Assembly (NCBI GenBank): GCA_963932905.1
Contig: CAWVRN010000019.1
Span: 20,219 to 84,218, forward strand
Direction of reading: 5' to 3'
Origin: an uncultured Bdellovibrio sp.
Lineage (GTDB): Bacteria > Bdellovibrionota > Bdellovibrionia > Bdellovibrionales > Bdellovibrionaceae
DNA: 64,000 nucleotides
The notes beneath the pieces are model-generated. The model had not been told where the DNA came from, ran no database searches, and saw only the letters and a list, made by a program, of their open reading frames with translations. The number at the start of each line of letters is the position of its first letter. Positions within the stretch are counted from its first letter, which is position 1. Shown piece by piece: positions 48,084 through 56,823 of the stretch. A program made the position numbers and the translations under genes.

Positions 48084-49338
48084 GTTCATGCAGGCCTTCC
48101 ACGGCTTTAGCTAGCTGATTCTTTTCGATAAAAAGAATCACACTCAGGGCACTCATTTGAATTTTTAGGGGATGGATGTTTAGGTCCCCTAATTTTTTTG
48201 AAATCTGTGATTGAGTTTCAAATGTCGGCACTCCCGTGCACGTCAAACAAACATTAGAAATACCATCCGAAATTTCCATATCTTTAGGCGCAGCTATTTT
48301 TTTGATCATCGAAAGCATTTCTTCTGGTGCGGTAATATATAAAACGTTTTCAGAACCATTTGAATCTACGGATAAGATTTGTGGAAAAATAATCTCGTTC
48401 TTTTTAAACAAATCTTTCAAGGTCGTGTAATCATCATGAACCGATTTAGATTTAATCTTAATTTTGAATACCGTATCAATAGTATTGATTGACAGAACTT
48501 GAGCCGTTTCCATTTTGTTTTTTAATTTATCTTGAATCACTTTGAATTCCTTTGGATTTGTATACGAACGAATGTACGTGCCTTGTTTTGCATGATTGCC
48601 TTCCGACGGGCCAATATAAAGCGCAACTCCTTTGACAGCAGCTAATTCTACAGATCGATAGTGCAAAACTTTAGCGCCCCAGAAAGTCATATCCATCATT
48701 TGTTCGTAAGAAAGCTCTGCTAGAACTTTCGCAGATTTAATTTTTTTAGGATCGGCGGAGAACACACTAGGAACATCTTTTAATATTTCACAGATAGTCG
48801 CATTCAGGCCACTAGCCACGGAAACAGCTGTCGTGTCGCTGCCTCCACGCCCCAGAGTCGTTATTTCCTTGGTATTTGGATCGACACCTTGGAAGCCGGC
48901 CAGGACTATAATTTTGTTTTTTTCCAATTCATTAACGACACGGAAAGGCCTTAGGTCGATGATCTGCGCATTTTCGTGATCGGAATTCGTCAAGATTCCC
49001 GCTTGGCTTCCGGTGAGGCTGATCGCCTGCTTACCTAGATCTTGGATAGACATCGACAAAAGGGACATGGAAATTCTTTCCCCGACTGACAGTAACATGT
49101 CCATCTCTCTTTGGTTCGGACGTGATGATATTTGCGAAGCTAACTCTATCAAACTATTAGTGGTTTTTCCCATTGCCGATACGACAACGACCAAAGTGTG
49201 CCCGGCAGATAATTCCTCTATCAGCGACCTTGCGATGCCTTTGATTTTCTCTGGAGTCGCGACAGTGGCGCCTCCGTATTTTTTTACGACGATGTTCTTT
49301 AGTTTATTCACTAGTCTAGAATAGAAAGTAAAATGCAA
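48049..49338 (-). CDS. lysC: Aspartate kinase (start possibly GTG 49311)
   Basis: VKKYGGAT, VVVSAMG, TTLGRGGSDTTA, SADPK, GAKVLH. Confidence 0.93.
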   Translation of the reverse strand: MHFTFYSRLVNKLKNIVVKKYGGATVATPEKIKGIARSLIEELSAGHTLVVVVSAMGKTTNSLIELASQISSRPNQREMDMLLSVGERISMSLLSMSIQDLGKQAISLTGSQAGILTNSDHENAQIIDLRPFRVVNELEKNKIIVLAGFQGVDPNTKEITTLGRGGSDTTAVSVASGLNATICEILKDVPSVFSADPKKIKSAKVLAELSYEQMMDMTFWGAKVLHYRSVELAAVKGVALYIGPSEGNHAKQGTYIRSYTNPKEFKVIQDKLKNKMETAQVLSINTIDTVFKIKIKSKSVHDDYTTLKDLFKKNEIIFPQILSVDSNGSENVLYITAPEEMLSMIKKIAAPKDMEISDGISNVCLTCTGVPTFETQSQISKKLGDLNIHPLKIQMSALSVILFIEKNQLAKAVEGLHELIDRLAAPTAR

Positions 49339-49434
49339 AAGTCAAATTATTGACTCAAAAAAAATGAAACAGCTCTGTTAGTCTTAAATAAAGGGAAACA
49401 CGCTATTTAAGATGTGCTCCTTAAGGAACAGAGT

Positions 49435-50814
49435 ATGGCAGGAATACGAATAACAGGGATGGCTTCCGGTTTACCACCGAACATCGTCGACCAATTGGTC
49501 GAAGCTGAACGTATTCCCCTTAAGCAAATTGAAACCAAAAAGGCCAAGCAAGAAGACAGCTTAAAGTTAGTTACCGACTTGGAAACCAAAGTTGGTGATA
49601 TAACAAAAAATCTTTCTGAGTTGACCAACACAAAAGGGTTCACTGATACGCAACTTGTATCCGGCGATCCTAACGTTATTGATGGAACCGTGGATCCAGC
49701 AGCTAGTGTGAATGGCGAATATTCACTGGAAGTTATGCAGTTGGCACAAAAACCGGGTGCTATCTCAAATGGTTTTCCTGACAAAGATAAAACTCAAATG
49801 GGTGTTGGATACATCAAGTTTAATACTCCCGATGGGCAAAAAGAAGTTTATATTAGCGGCAAGAACTCGACTCTGACTGGCGTAGCGGCGCAAATCAATG
49901 CGGCAAATATCGGCATGCGTGCCACGGTAATTGAAGATAAACAGGACAAAGACAATCCTTTTCGGATGGTGGTGTCTGGATTAAAAACTGGTGACGATAA
50001 CTCTGTGGCGTTTCCAACGATTTATTTACTTGATGGTGATCAAGATATGTACTTCGATAGAGCCCGTGAAGCACAAAATGCAAAGTTGAAAATAGACGGT
50101 TTTGAAATAGAAACTCCAAGCAATGTTGTTAACGACCTCATTCCAGGAGTGACACTTAATCTAAAAAAAGCGTCACCTGGTCAGGAAATTCGCCTTACAG
50201 TTAAAGAAAATATGGAAGCAGTTTCTGGAAAAATAAAAGCATTCGTTGATGCTTATAACGGTGCTTTGGGCTTTATTCAAAATCAATCAAAACTAACTAA
50301 AGGTGCAAACGGTAAAGAAGCACTAGGGCCATTGGGCGGCGATTCGATGAGTCGTCAGGTAGAAAATACTTTACGACGTATTATCTTATCGCCACAAATG
50401 GGAGTGGGATCACGTATCCAAAATTTAAATCAGTTAGGGATTGAGTTCAACCGTAACGGTACTTTGAATTTCACTCAAGAAAAATTCAACAAAGCATTAA
50501 GTGCAGCTCCACAAGACGTCTCGAATTTTTTCCGTGGCGATGGATTAGCGACGGGATTTATCCCGACATTAAAACGCGAACTTGGAAATTTGCAAAATCC
50601 AGCGTTTGGTGTTTTGGCGAATCGCAAGAAAGGCATTCAAGAAAAAATTAATCGGTTCAATACGCAGATCGATCAGAAAGAACGACAACTTGAAAAGAAG
50701 GAAGAATCTTTGCGTAAAAAGTTTTCTGACCTTGAAACCAAGATGTCACAAATTAACCAGCAGGGTGCCGCCGTAGCCGGTATGGCCGCGGGTGCGAAAG
50801 CACCGGGTGGATAA
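49435..50814 (+). CDS. fliD: Flagellar filament cap FliD (ATG 49435; ORF extends to 49414)
   Basis: GMASGLPPNIVDQLVEAERIP, AQNAKLKIDG, KAFVDAYN, C-terminal KKFSDLETKMSQIN. Confidence 0.95.
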   Translation: MAGIRITGMASGLPPNIVDQLVEAERIPLKQIETKKAKQEDSLKLVTDLETKVGDITKNLSELTNTKGFTDTQLVSGDPNVIDGTVDPAASVNGEYSLEVMQLAQKPGAISNGFPDKDKTQMGVGYIKFNTPDGQKEVYISGKNSTLTGVAAQINAANIGMRATVIEDKQDKDNPFRMVVSGLKTGDDNSVAFPTIYLLDGDQDMYFDRAREAQNAKLKIDGFEIETPSNVVNDLIPGVTLNLKKASPGQEIRLTVKENMEAVSGKIKAFVDAYNGALGFIQNQSKLTKGANGKEALGPLGGDSMSRQVENTLRRIILSPQMGVGSRIQNLNQLGIEFNRNGTLNFTQEKFNKALSAAPQDVSNFFRGDGLATGFIPTLKRELGNLQNPAFGVLANRKKGIQEKINRFNTQIDQKERQLEKKEESLRKKFSDLETKMSQINQQGAAVAGMAAGAKAPGG

Positions 50815-50885
50815 TTAAATGAAAACAAAAATTGAAACAATGAAAGATCAATCTATAACAGCAATGCATAACAGACAGTGGCGAG

Positions 50886-51290
50886 GTGAATGTTAATATG
50901 AAAAACGCATACCAGAAGTATAAGAACAATTCCGTTCAAACAGCATCCAGAGAAAAGATCTTACTTATGCTTTACGAAGGAGCTATCAAGTTTACAAAGC
51001 TTGCAATGAAAGGCCTGGAAGAGAAGAAAATAGCGGATAAAGGCTATTACATCGGCCGCGCCTACGACATCGTAATGGAGCTTAACAATACGCTTGATCA
51101 CAAAGTCGGTGGCGATATTTCTAAAAATCTAGAAGCCCTCTACATTTTTATGATGGATCAATACACGAAAGCGAATTTTAAAAATGAAATAGCGCCACTG
51201 CAAGAAAACTTAAAGATTCTAGAGAATCTATACAGTGGCTGGCAGCAAGCGATCGAAAAAATTAAACAAGACACAGAAAATCAAAAATAG
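50886..51290 (+). CDS. fliS: Flagellin chaperone FliS
   Basis: TASREKILLMLYEGAI, TLDHKVGGDISKNLEALYIFM, GW. Confidence 0.96.
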   Translation: MNVNMKNAYQKYKNNSVQTASREKILLMLYEGAIKFTKLAMKGLEEKKIADKGYYIGRAYDIVMELNNTLDHKVGGDISKNLEALYIFMMDQYTKANFKNEIAPLQENLKILENLYSGWQQAIEKIKQDTENQK

Positions 51291-51307
51291 GAATAGGGGA
51301 GGGGAGA

Positions 51308-51727
51308 ATGAAACGATTATTGGACCTGATGGATCAGAAGAATCACTTTTTAGAAAAGTTCTACACCGTCAATGAAACTCATCTTGAACTGTTTCTAAAA
51401 AACAGATTCGAGCAAATTAACGAATTCTATGATGCTCGTGAGAACATTCTAGAGATTTTGAAATATATTGACCAAGAAATTCAATTGGTATCGAGTACTA
51501 CAACAGATGAATCAATTCTAGGTATTCAGAAATTAAAGGAATGTTTGTCTTTGAAAGACACGTTCGTTCAAAAAATTCTTGAACAAGATATCGATATCTT
51601 GGCCTGCATTGAAGCGGCCAAAAATTCGATTATCAGTGAATTAAAAGAAGTTCGTACTGGTAAGAAAGTTATTTCTGCTTATAAAGTACCCGTGTTTAAC
51701 AATACGATGGGTGAAGAAGAACTATAG
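51308..51727 (+). CDS. FliT/FlgN-like helical flagellar chaperone
   Basis: All-helical 139 aa, position after fliS, C-terminal KKVISAY; SD GGGGAG. Confidence 0.55.
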   Translation: MKRLLDLMDQKNHFLEKFYTVNETHLELFLKNRFEQINEFYDARENILEILKYIDQEIQLVSSTTTDESILGIQKLKECLSLKDTFVQKILEQDIDILACIEAAKNSIISELKEVRTGKKVISAYKVPVFNNTMGEEEL

Positions 51728-51858
51728 ATCGGTTTTGAGCGAGAAGATTGGATCTCTGGTCTAGTCTTCTTCGTCTAATTTTTGACCCGACTTCGGTATT
51801 GAAGAGTCAATGTTCATTGCAGGGTCTAGCATTCAAGTTTAATTAAAATGATTTCAAA

Positions 51859-51874
51859 TGGCACTTCGATTGCT
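51859..51874 (+). promoter_or_regulatory. Sigma54 (RpoN) -24/-12 promoter
   Basis: TGGCAC-TTCGA-TTGCT, exact consensus spacing. Confidence 0.8.
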
Positions 51875-51908
51875 CTTCTATCTTTTAAACATAAAGTGGT
51901 AGGGGCAA

Positions 51909-52913
51909 TTGGAAGTAAATTATTATCAAAGTCAAAATACTGTGACTACAAGGGGTGCTGTTATAAACAACGGTGCGCCACGCTTTGCCAATGAAACGGT
52001 AGCTCTGCTTTTTCATAATGCAAAAATACTTTTCAATTTTAATGATTTTCACGATGCGTTGATTTTGCTGCGTGAAGGTCTGAATTTGGATTCCTTCAAC
52101 GTTCACCTGATTGATTTGTGTCGTAGGACGCTATTGCAGATTGGTATGCGTGAAGAGAGTCTAAATCTGTTAGAGGCGTCACAACGGATTCAATACACAC
52201 CAGAGAAGAGTATTGAATTAGCGCGAGCTTATGTCGCTAACGAACAAAATGATATGGCATTGGCGCAGTTGTTCGACGTTTTGTCGCAATTGGTGGAAGA
52301 TGAAACTTTGCTGTTTGAAACATATAAAAATATTGGCTGCGTGTACTTGAAAGAAAAAGAATTCGATTTAGCGCAAGAGTATTTTCACAAAGCCTACGCG
52401 ATCGATTCTAAAGACGACACTTTATTGGTTAATCTAGGTGTCCTTGAATATTTGAAAAAAGACATAACTCAAAGCCTTTTCTATTTAAGAGAAGCAATTA
52501 ACAACAATCAAAAAAACGATAAAGCATGGGTAGGTTTAGCGATGGCACATTTGGAATTTGGTGATAGAGATTTAAGTTGGTCAAATCTTACAAAAGCGAT
52601 CGACGTTGATCCTATGAACCGTACTGCCTTGATTTTGCTAAATGATTTGGCGGAATCAGATTCGCAGCTTGAGTATTGCCAAAATGCGCTGATCAAGTTC
52701 TTGGAAGGCGATAATTTTGATGAACAAATTTCGCATTTATTGATTCATATTTTTATCAAACGAAATGATTTTCACAGTGCACAGTTGGAGTCTTTGAAGT
52801 CATATCTTTGGAATCCTCAAAGTAAAAAGAATCAAGAGCTATACAACAAAATAACTCAGTTTATTAATGTTAAAGAACGGGGAGCTGCAAATGATTCAGT
52901 TTCTAGTAAATAA
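51909..52913 (+). CDS. TPR repeat protein
   Basis: YKNIGCVYLKEKEFDLAQEYFHKA, LVNLGVLEY, AWVGLAMAH TPR patterns. Confidence 0.85.
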   Translation: MEVNYYQSQNTVTTRGAVINNGAPRFANETVALLFHNAKILFNFNDFHDALILLREGLNLDSFNVHLIDLCRRTLLQIGMREESLNLLEASQRIQYTPEKSIELARAYVANEQNDMALAQLFDVLSQLVEDETLLFETYKNIGCVYLKEKEFDLAQEYFHKAYAIDSKDDTLLVNLGVLEYLKKDITQSLFYLREAINNNQKNDKAWVGLAMAHLEFGDRDLSWSNLTKAIDVDPMNRTALILLNDLAESDSQLEYCQNALIKFLEGDNFDEQISHLLIHIFIKRNDFHSAQLESLKSYLWNPQSKKNQELYNKITQFINVKERGAANDSVSSK

Positions 52914-53499
52914 AAACGGAAAAGTTATTCCTCAATCGGGAAATTTGTTTCTGTGTTCTTATCAGCGCCCTTTGTCTGAAGCCGAAAAATGGCTGGCGCA
53001 GTTTGACTTAAAACATGCTAAAGACGTTTTGGTTTTAGGTGGTGGCGGTGGTTACCACATCGAGCTTTTGAAATTAAAATATCCAGATGTTTTCGTTCAT
53101 GTGTTTGAATTTCGTTCTGAAATTCTGGAACATTTGGAAGAAAAATTTAAAAGAACTCGTAAACTGGCTCTATACGGAATCAACTCGAATCAAGATTCTG
53201 CCTTGTGTAAAAACCTGTTTCAGTTTTTGGATGAAAAGATTCCTGAAATTATGCCATTCCGGTCAAGCTGGCAGGGTATGGAATCTAGCTACGAAAAACT
53301 TCATAGTGCTATGTTGATGCGTGAAGTGACTACGCTCTCTCAGTATCTGCAAAACTCTGACAACAAGTTACAGTTCCAGGCGTCGTTGTGGGAAGAGAAA
53401 AAGAATTTTCTGACACTTAAAAATCTAGTTATGGCCAACACTAGCACGGGGCATTTGGATTCACAGGTGCTGGACTATTTTGGGGAATTCATGAAATGA
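52891..53499 (+). CDS. Hypothetical protein resembling the Rossmann-like N-terminal domain of motility-associated factor (Maf) flagellin glycosyltransferases
   Basis: LCSYQRPLSEAEKW and VLVLGGGGGYHIELL...VFE motifs; SD GGAG. Confidence 0.6.
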   Translation: MIQFLVNKNGKVIPQSGNLFLCSYQRPLSEAEKWLAQFDLKHAKDVLVLGGGGGYHIELLKLKYPDVFVHVFEFRSEILEHLEEKFKRTRKLALYGINSNQDSALCKNLFQFLDEKIPEIMPFRSSWQGMESSYEKLHSAMLMREVTTLSQYLQNSDNKLQFQASLWEEKKNFLTLKNLVMANTSTGHLDSQVLDYFGEFMK

Positions 53500-54572
53500 A
53501 GATTCTGTTCGCTTCTCTATCGCGAATTGGCGATTACATTCAGCATATGTTGGTAGTTCAGGCTTGGGCCCAGGCTCATCCTAATGCAGACGTGCATGTT
53601 GTCGTTAATGATTTAATACCGGTAGATTTGGTACGGATGAATGCACAATTCAGACATTTTGTTTTACCTAGATTTGAATATCAGAAAAAAATTAATCAAG
53701 TTAATGCGCCTATAATGCATCCATTTTGGAGTCTAAGAAAGTTAGTCAAACAACTGCGATCAGAAAAATACGATCAAATTATCGATTTATCATTGCAGGG
53801 GCAATCATTGGCTTTCTTAAAATTGGTGGAATCTGGATTTAGTTATTCTGAAACTGAAAAGAAAATGATTAACGAGTATTTGAATCCATTAGAATCCGTG
53901 CATTTAATTGATAAGCTAAAAGCTGTTCATGGATTGGAACTTACGCCCAAAGAGTCTTTAAATAGGGGAACTCGTCGACTTTTATTTCAGATAACTACAA
54001 GTGATTCTAAAAAGGATATTGATTTGCCTAGGTGGAAAAACTTAATCGATCGCATTCGCGCTGACTATCCGTCCATTGATTTGGCGGTGATTGGTTCTAG
54101 AAGTGAAGCTAAACATTTACAGCAAGTCTTTCAAAAATCAGAAATTTTTGTGTGTAACTTCACGGAACTGAGTCACGCACTGGATAGTGAAACTAAACTG
54201 ATTTCGCTAGACACATCGACCAAGCATTTTGCAGCTCTTTTTCAAATACCGACGGCGGAAATATCGGTGGGTAGCAGTCACTGGATCAAGAATGCCGCTT
54301 ACCAGGAAGGTAATTTTATATTCAGCGCGGATATGGAATGCCGTCCATGTATGCATTCGGTGGCTTGTCCTTATGGACGTAATCAATGTCAGGATAGAAT
54401 TAATTTTAATGAACTTAACCAGTTTGTTGGGGAATGGATTGAAAAATCCCAACTAACAAGTTTTCCAATGGTGACAAGAATTTCGGATGGAAACCTGGGT
54501 ATTCTGCGCCTTCATGCGCAGCAAGGAGAAAAATGGAATCAAAGAGTAAACCAAACCAATCTGTCCTTATAG
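53496..54572 (+). CDS. Glycosyltransferase family 9 (heptosyltransferase-like)
   Basis: SLSRIGD, LRSEKYDQIIDL, SLDTSTKHFAA, CRPC...CP...C. Confidence 0.85.
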   Translation: MKILFASLSRIGDYIQHMLVVQAWAQAHPNADVHVVVNDLIPVDLVRMNAQFRHFVLPRFEYQKKINQVNAPIMHPFWSLRKLVKQLRSEKYDQIIDLSLQGQSLAFLKLVESGFSYSETEKKMINEYLNPLESVHLIDKLKAVHGLELTPKESLNRGTRRLLFQITTSDSKKDIDLPRWKNLIDRIRADYPSIDLAVIGSRSEAKHLQQVFQKSEIFVCNFTELSHALDSETKLISLDTSTKHFAALFQIPTAEISVGSSHWIKNAAYQEGNFIFSADMECRPCMHSVACPYGRNQCQDRINFNELNQFVGEWIEKSQLTSFPMVTRISDGNLGILRLHAQQGEKWNQRVNQTNLSL

Positions 54573-54736
54573 AAAAATTGGTTGAAAAAGAACGCGAGCT
54601 AAGAGCCTTGATGACGGAGACCTACAAAAATGAAGGGTTCTCTAAAGTTAATCTTTTGCAAAGATCTTTGCTCGAAATCATAAAGGAACAAAATTTAAAT
54701 GAAAATTCTAATAATACAACTAGCAAGACTCGGTGA
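54533..54736 (+). CDS. Small hypothetical protein
   Basis: SD AAGGAG, fills gap between the GT9 genes, helical. Confidence 0.55.
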   Translation: MESKSKPNQSVLIEKLVEKERELRALMTETYKNEGFSKVNLLQRSLLEIIKEQNLNENSNNTTSKTR

Positions 54737-56141
54737 CATTTACATGTCCTGGCCGATTGCCAGGGCCCTGAAACGTCAAAACCCTGAAGCCGAGATTCAC
54801 TTTCTAGTTCGCGAACGATTTGCAAGCGCGCTGGATGGTCTTGAGTGCGTACATCAAGTTCATAAATTGAACACGCCAACTGTTTTTGAAAAGCTGATGG
54901 AATCTGTCGACGACGGGATTGAGTGTTTAGGCGAATTTTTGGATGGTCTTCAAGCGAAAAACTTTGACTCGGTCGTGAACTTGTCGTTTTCGCCTGTGTC
55001 CAGCTATTTCACTTATCATATCGGTCAGAAATCTAAACAAACTTTCGGTTATACTCGCTTTTCAGATTCAAGTTTTGCACTGACGGATGCCATTTCGGCT
55101 TACTATTTTTCACAAGTTGGGACGGATAAACATAATCGATTTCACCTGATCGACATTTTTGCTAGTATGGTCGGCGTTGACCTGGAAGACGATGATTTTG
55201 CGTATCCCGTCAATTTCACATTTAGTTCGCCGATTAAGGATAGTTACATCACGATCCAGTTGGGTGCCAGCACCGCTAATAAAACACTAACGCCATTTAT
55301 TTGGGCTCGCGTAATCAAAAATTTCTTAAGCGCTCATATGGGTTATAAAGTGGTATTGATCGGATCTAAAGAAGAACAAGGACTAATATCTGAAATTTAT
55401 GCCTTTAACTCGCATACAGATATTATTAACCTGATCGGTAAAACTTCGATACCTGAGTTGTTTCCAATTATAAAAAATGCGGCCCTTCATGTTGGTGGCG
55501 ACAGCCTATGCGTTCAAATAACAAACCTAACTAGGACGCCTTGTCTGAATTTGTCTTTTGAAAGTGTTAAATTTTGGGAAACTGGGCCGCGTACAAAAGG
55601 TAGCTACGTATTGCTGAATATTCAGCCGTCTCACGTCGAATCAACAGAAGTAGCTAACGCAATTAAGGGTTTGCTGTCTAAAAAACCTTTACCCCAATTG
55701 ATCGAAGCCGTTCCCAGAATGCCTGCCTACGATTTGAAATTTAATTTGATTAATGATTTTGAGTGGGCCTTGGTGAAAGCCATTTACTTGAATGAGCCGT
55801 ACCCGATGACAGAAGACATTGTATTTTTTAAAGGTATCGAGAAACTGAATCAGACTAACTCACTTATCATTGAAACATTGGAATCAGCCCTAGACAATGG
55901 TGTCGCTAAGTTTGTAAAAATTCTAGCGTCCTGCGATGAGGCGTTCATGGGAATACGTCAGATTAGCCCTAAGGTCAGTATCTACATAGACTGGTGTCTA
56001 GCTGAAAAAATAAAAGTGGCCCCACTAACCGAAATTGAAATTGTAGAATCATATTTGAAAGTTCATAATGAACTTAAGCTTCTTATGAGACCATACTTAC
56101 TAGAAGATAACACTCAGGACGAGGTTAAGAATCATGGATAG
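54699..56141 (+). CDS. Glycosyltransferase family 9 with C-terminal helical extension
   Basis: MKILIIQLARLGD, QLGAS..NK, LIGKTSIPEL, GGDS, ETGP. Confidence 0.88.
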   Translation: MKILIIQLARLGDIYMSWPIARALKRQNPEAEIHFLVRERFASALDGLECVHQVHKLNTPTVFEKLMESVDDGIECLGEFLDGLQAKNFDSVVNLSFSPVSSYFTYHIGQKSKQTFGYTRFSDSSFALTDAISAYYFSQVGTDKHNRFHLIDIFASMVGVDLEDDDFAYPVNFTFSSPIKDSYITIQLGASTANKTLTPFIWARVIKNFLSAHMGYKVVLIGSKEEQGLISEIYAFNSHTDIINLIGKTSIPELFPIIKNAALHVGGDSLCVQITNLTRTPCLNLSFESVKFWETGPRTKGSYVLLNIQPSHVESTEVANAIKGLLSKKPLPQLIEAVPRMPAYDLKFNLINDFEWALVKAIYLNEPYPMTEDIVFFKGIEKLNQTNSLIIETLESALDNGVAKFVKILASCDEAFMGIRQISPKVSIYIDWCLAEKIKVAPLTEIEIVESYLKVHNELKLLMRPYLLEDNTQDEVKNHG

Positions 56142-56823
56142 ATTCAAAATCACAGGCGATAAACTAGTTGGTTTTTACGGCTCAGAGACAAAACTGATGC
56201 AGGTGTTTAAAGACATCGAACTAGATCTTAAAGCAACTAATCAAGTAGTTTGCCAGTATATTATTAATGGCAAAGAGGTTTCAGAGGTAGAAGAGAGTTC
56301 ATTTCAAGACATGAATCTGACCGACATTCAGACTCTGGAATACCTATCAGAAAACATTAACGAATTGCTGATTGATGTTTTGGCTGGCTGGTTAGATGCA
56401 TTTCCTGAAATGATCGGCCATACAGAGAAAATTTCGAGTCAAATCCGCTTCGACGGTGTTCAAAAATCATTCAAAAACATCCAAGTTCTTTTGGAAAACT
56501 ACGAGTACCTGATTTCGAGTATCATTTCGATTAAAAGCCTGGTAGGTGATTCTGCCGCAGCGGGTCTTGCGATGCTTTCTGAAGCTGAAGAAAAAACGAA
56601 AACAACGCTTTCTGAAGCGATTACTGCGATTGAGAAAAAAGATTTTGTATGTTTAGCTGATATCGTTGAATATGAATTAATCACAAGTCTGCAAATTTGG
56701 GAAAAATTGTTGTCTGATTTGTTGATTGTTCTTAAAGGGGAAAAATCAGTTGAACATTTATCCCGAAATAGCGGGCTTAAAATTATTTCCAATTTTAGTG
56801 CTGGGGGAAGACTGGCCAACTAG
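56134..56823 (+). CDS. Hypothetical helical protein typical of flagellar glycosylation loci
   Basis: IINGKEV N-terminal motif and KDFVCLADIVEYEL C-terminal motif. Confidence 0.65.
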   Translation: MDRFKITGDKLVGFYGSETKLMQVFKDIELDLKATNQVVCQYIINGKEVSEVEESSFQDMNLTDIQTLEYLSENINELLIDVLAGWLDAFPEMIGHTEKISSQIRFDGVQKSFKNIQVLLENYEYLISSIISIKSLVGDSAAAGLAMLSEAEEKTKTTLSEAITAIEKKDFVCLADIVEYELITSLQIWEKLLSDLLIVLKGEKSVEHLSRNSGLKIISNFSAGGRLAN

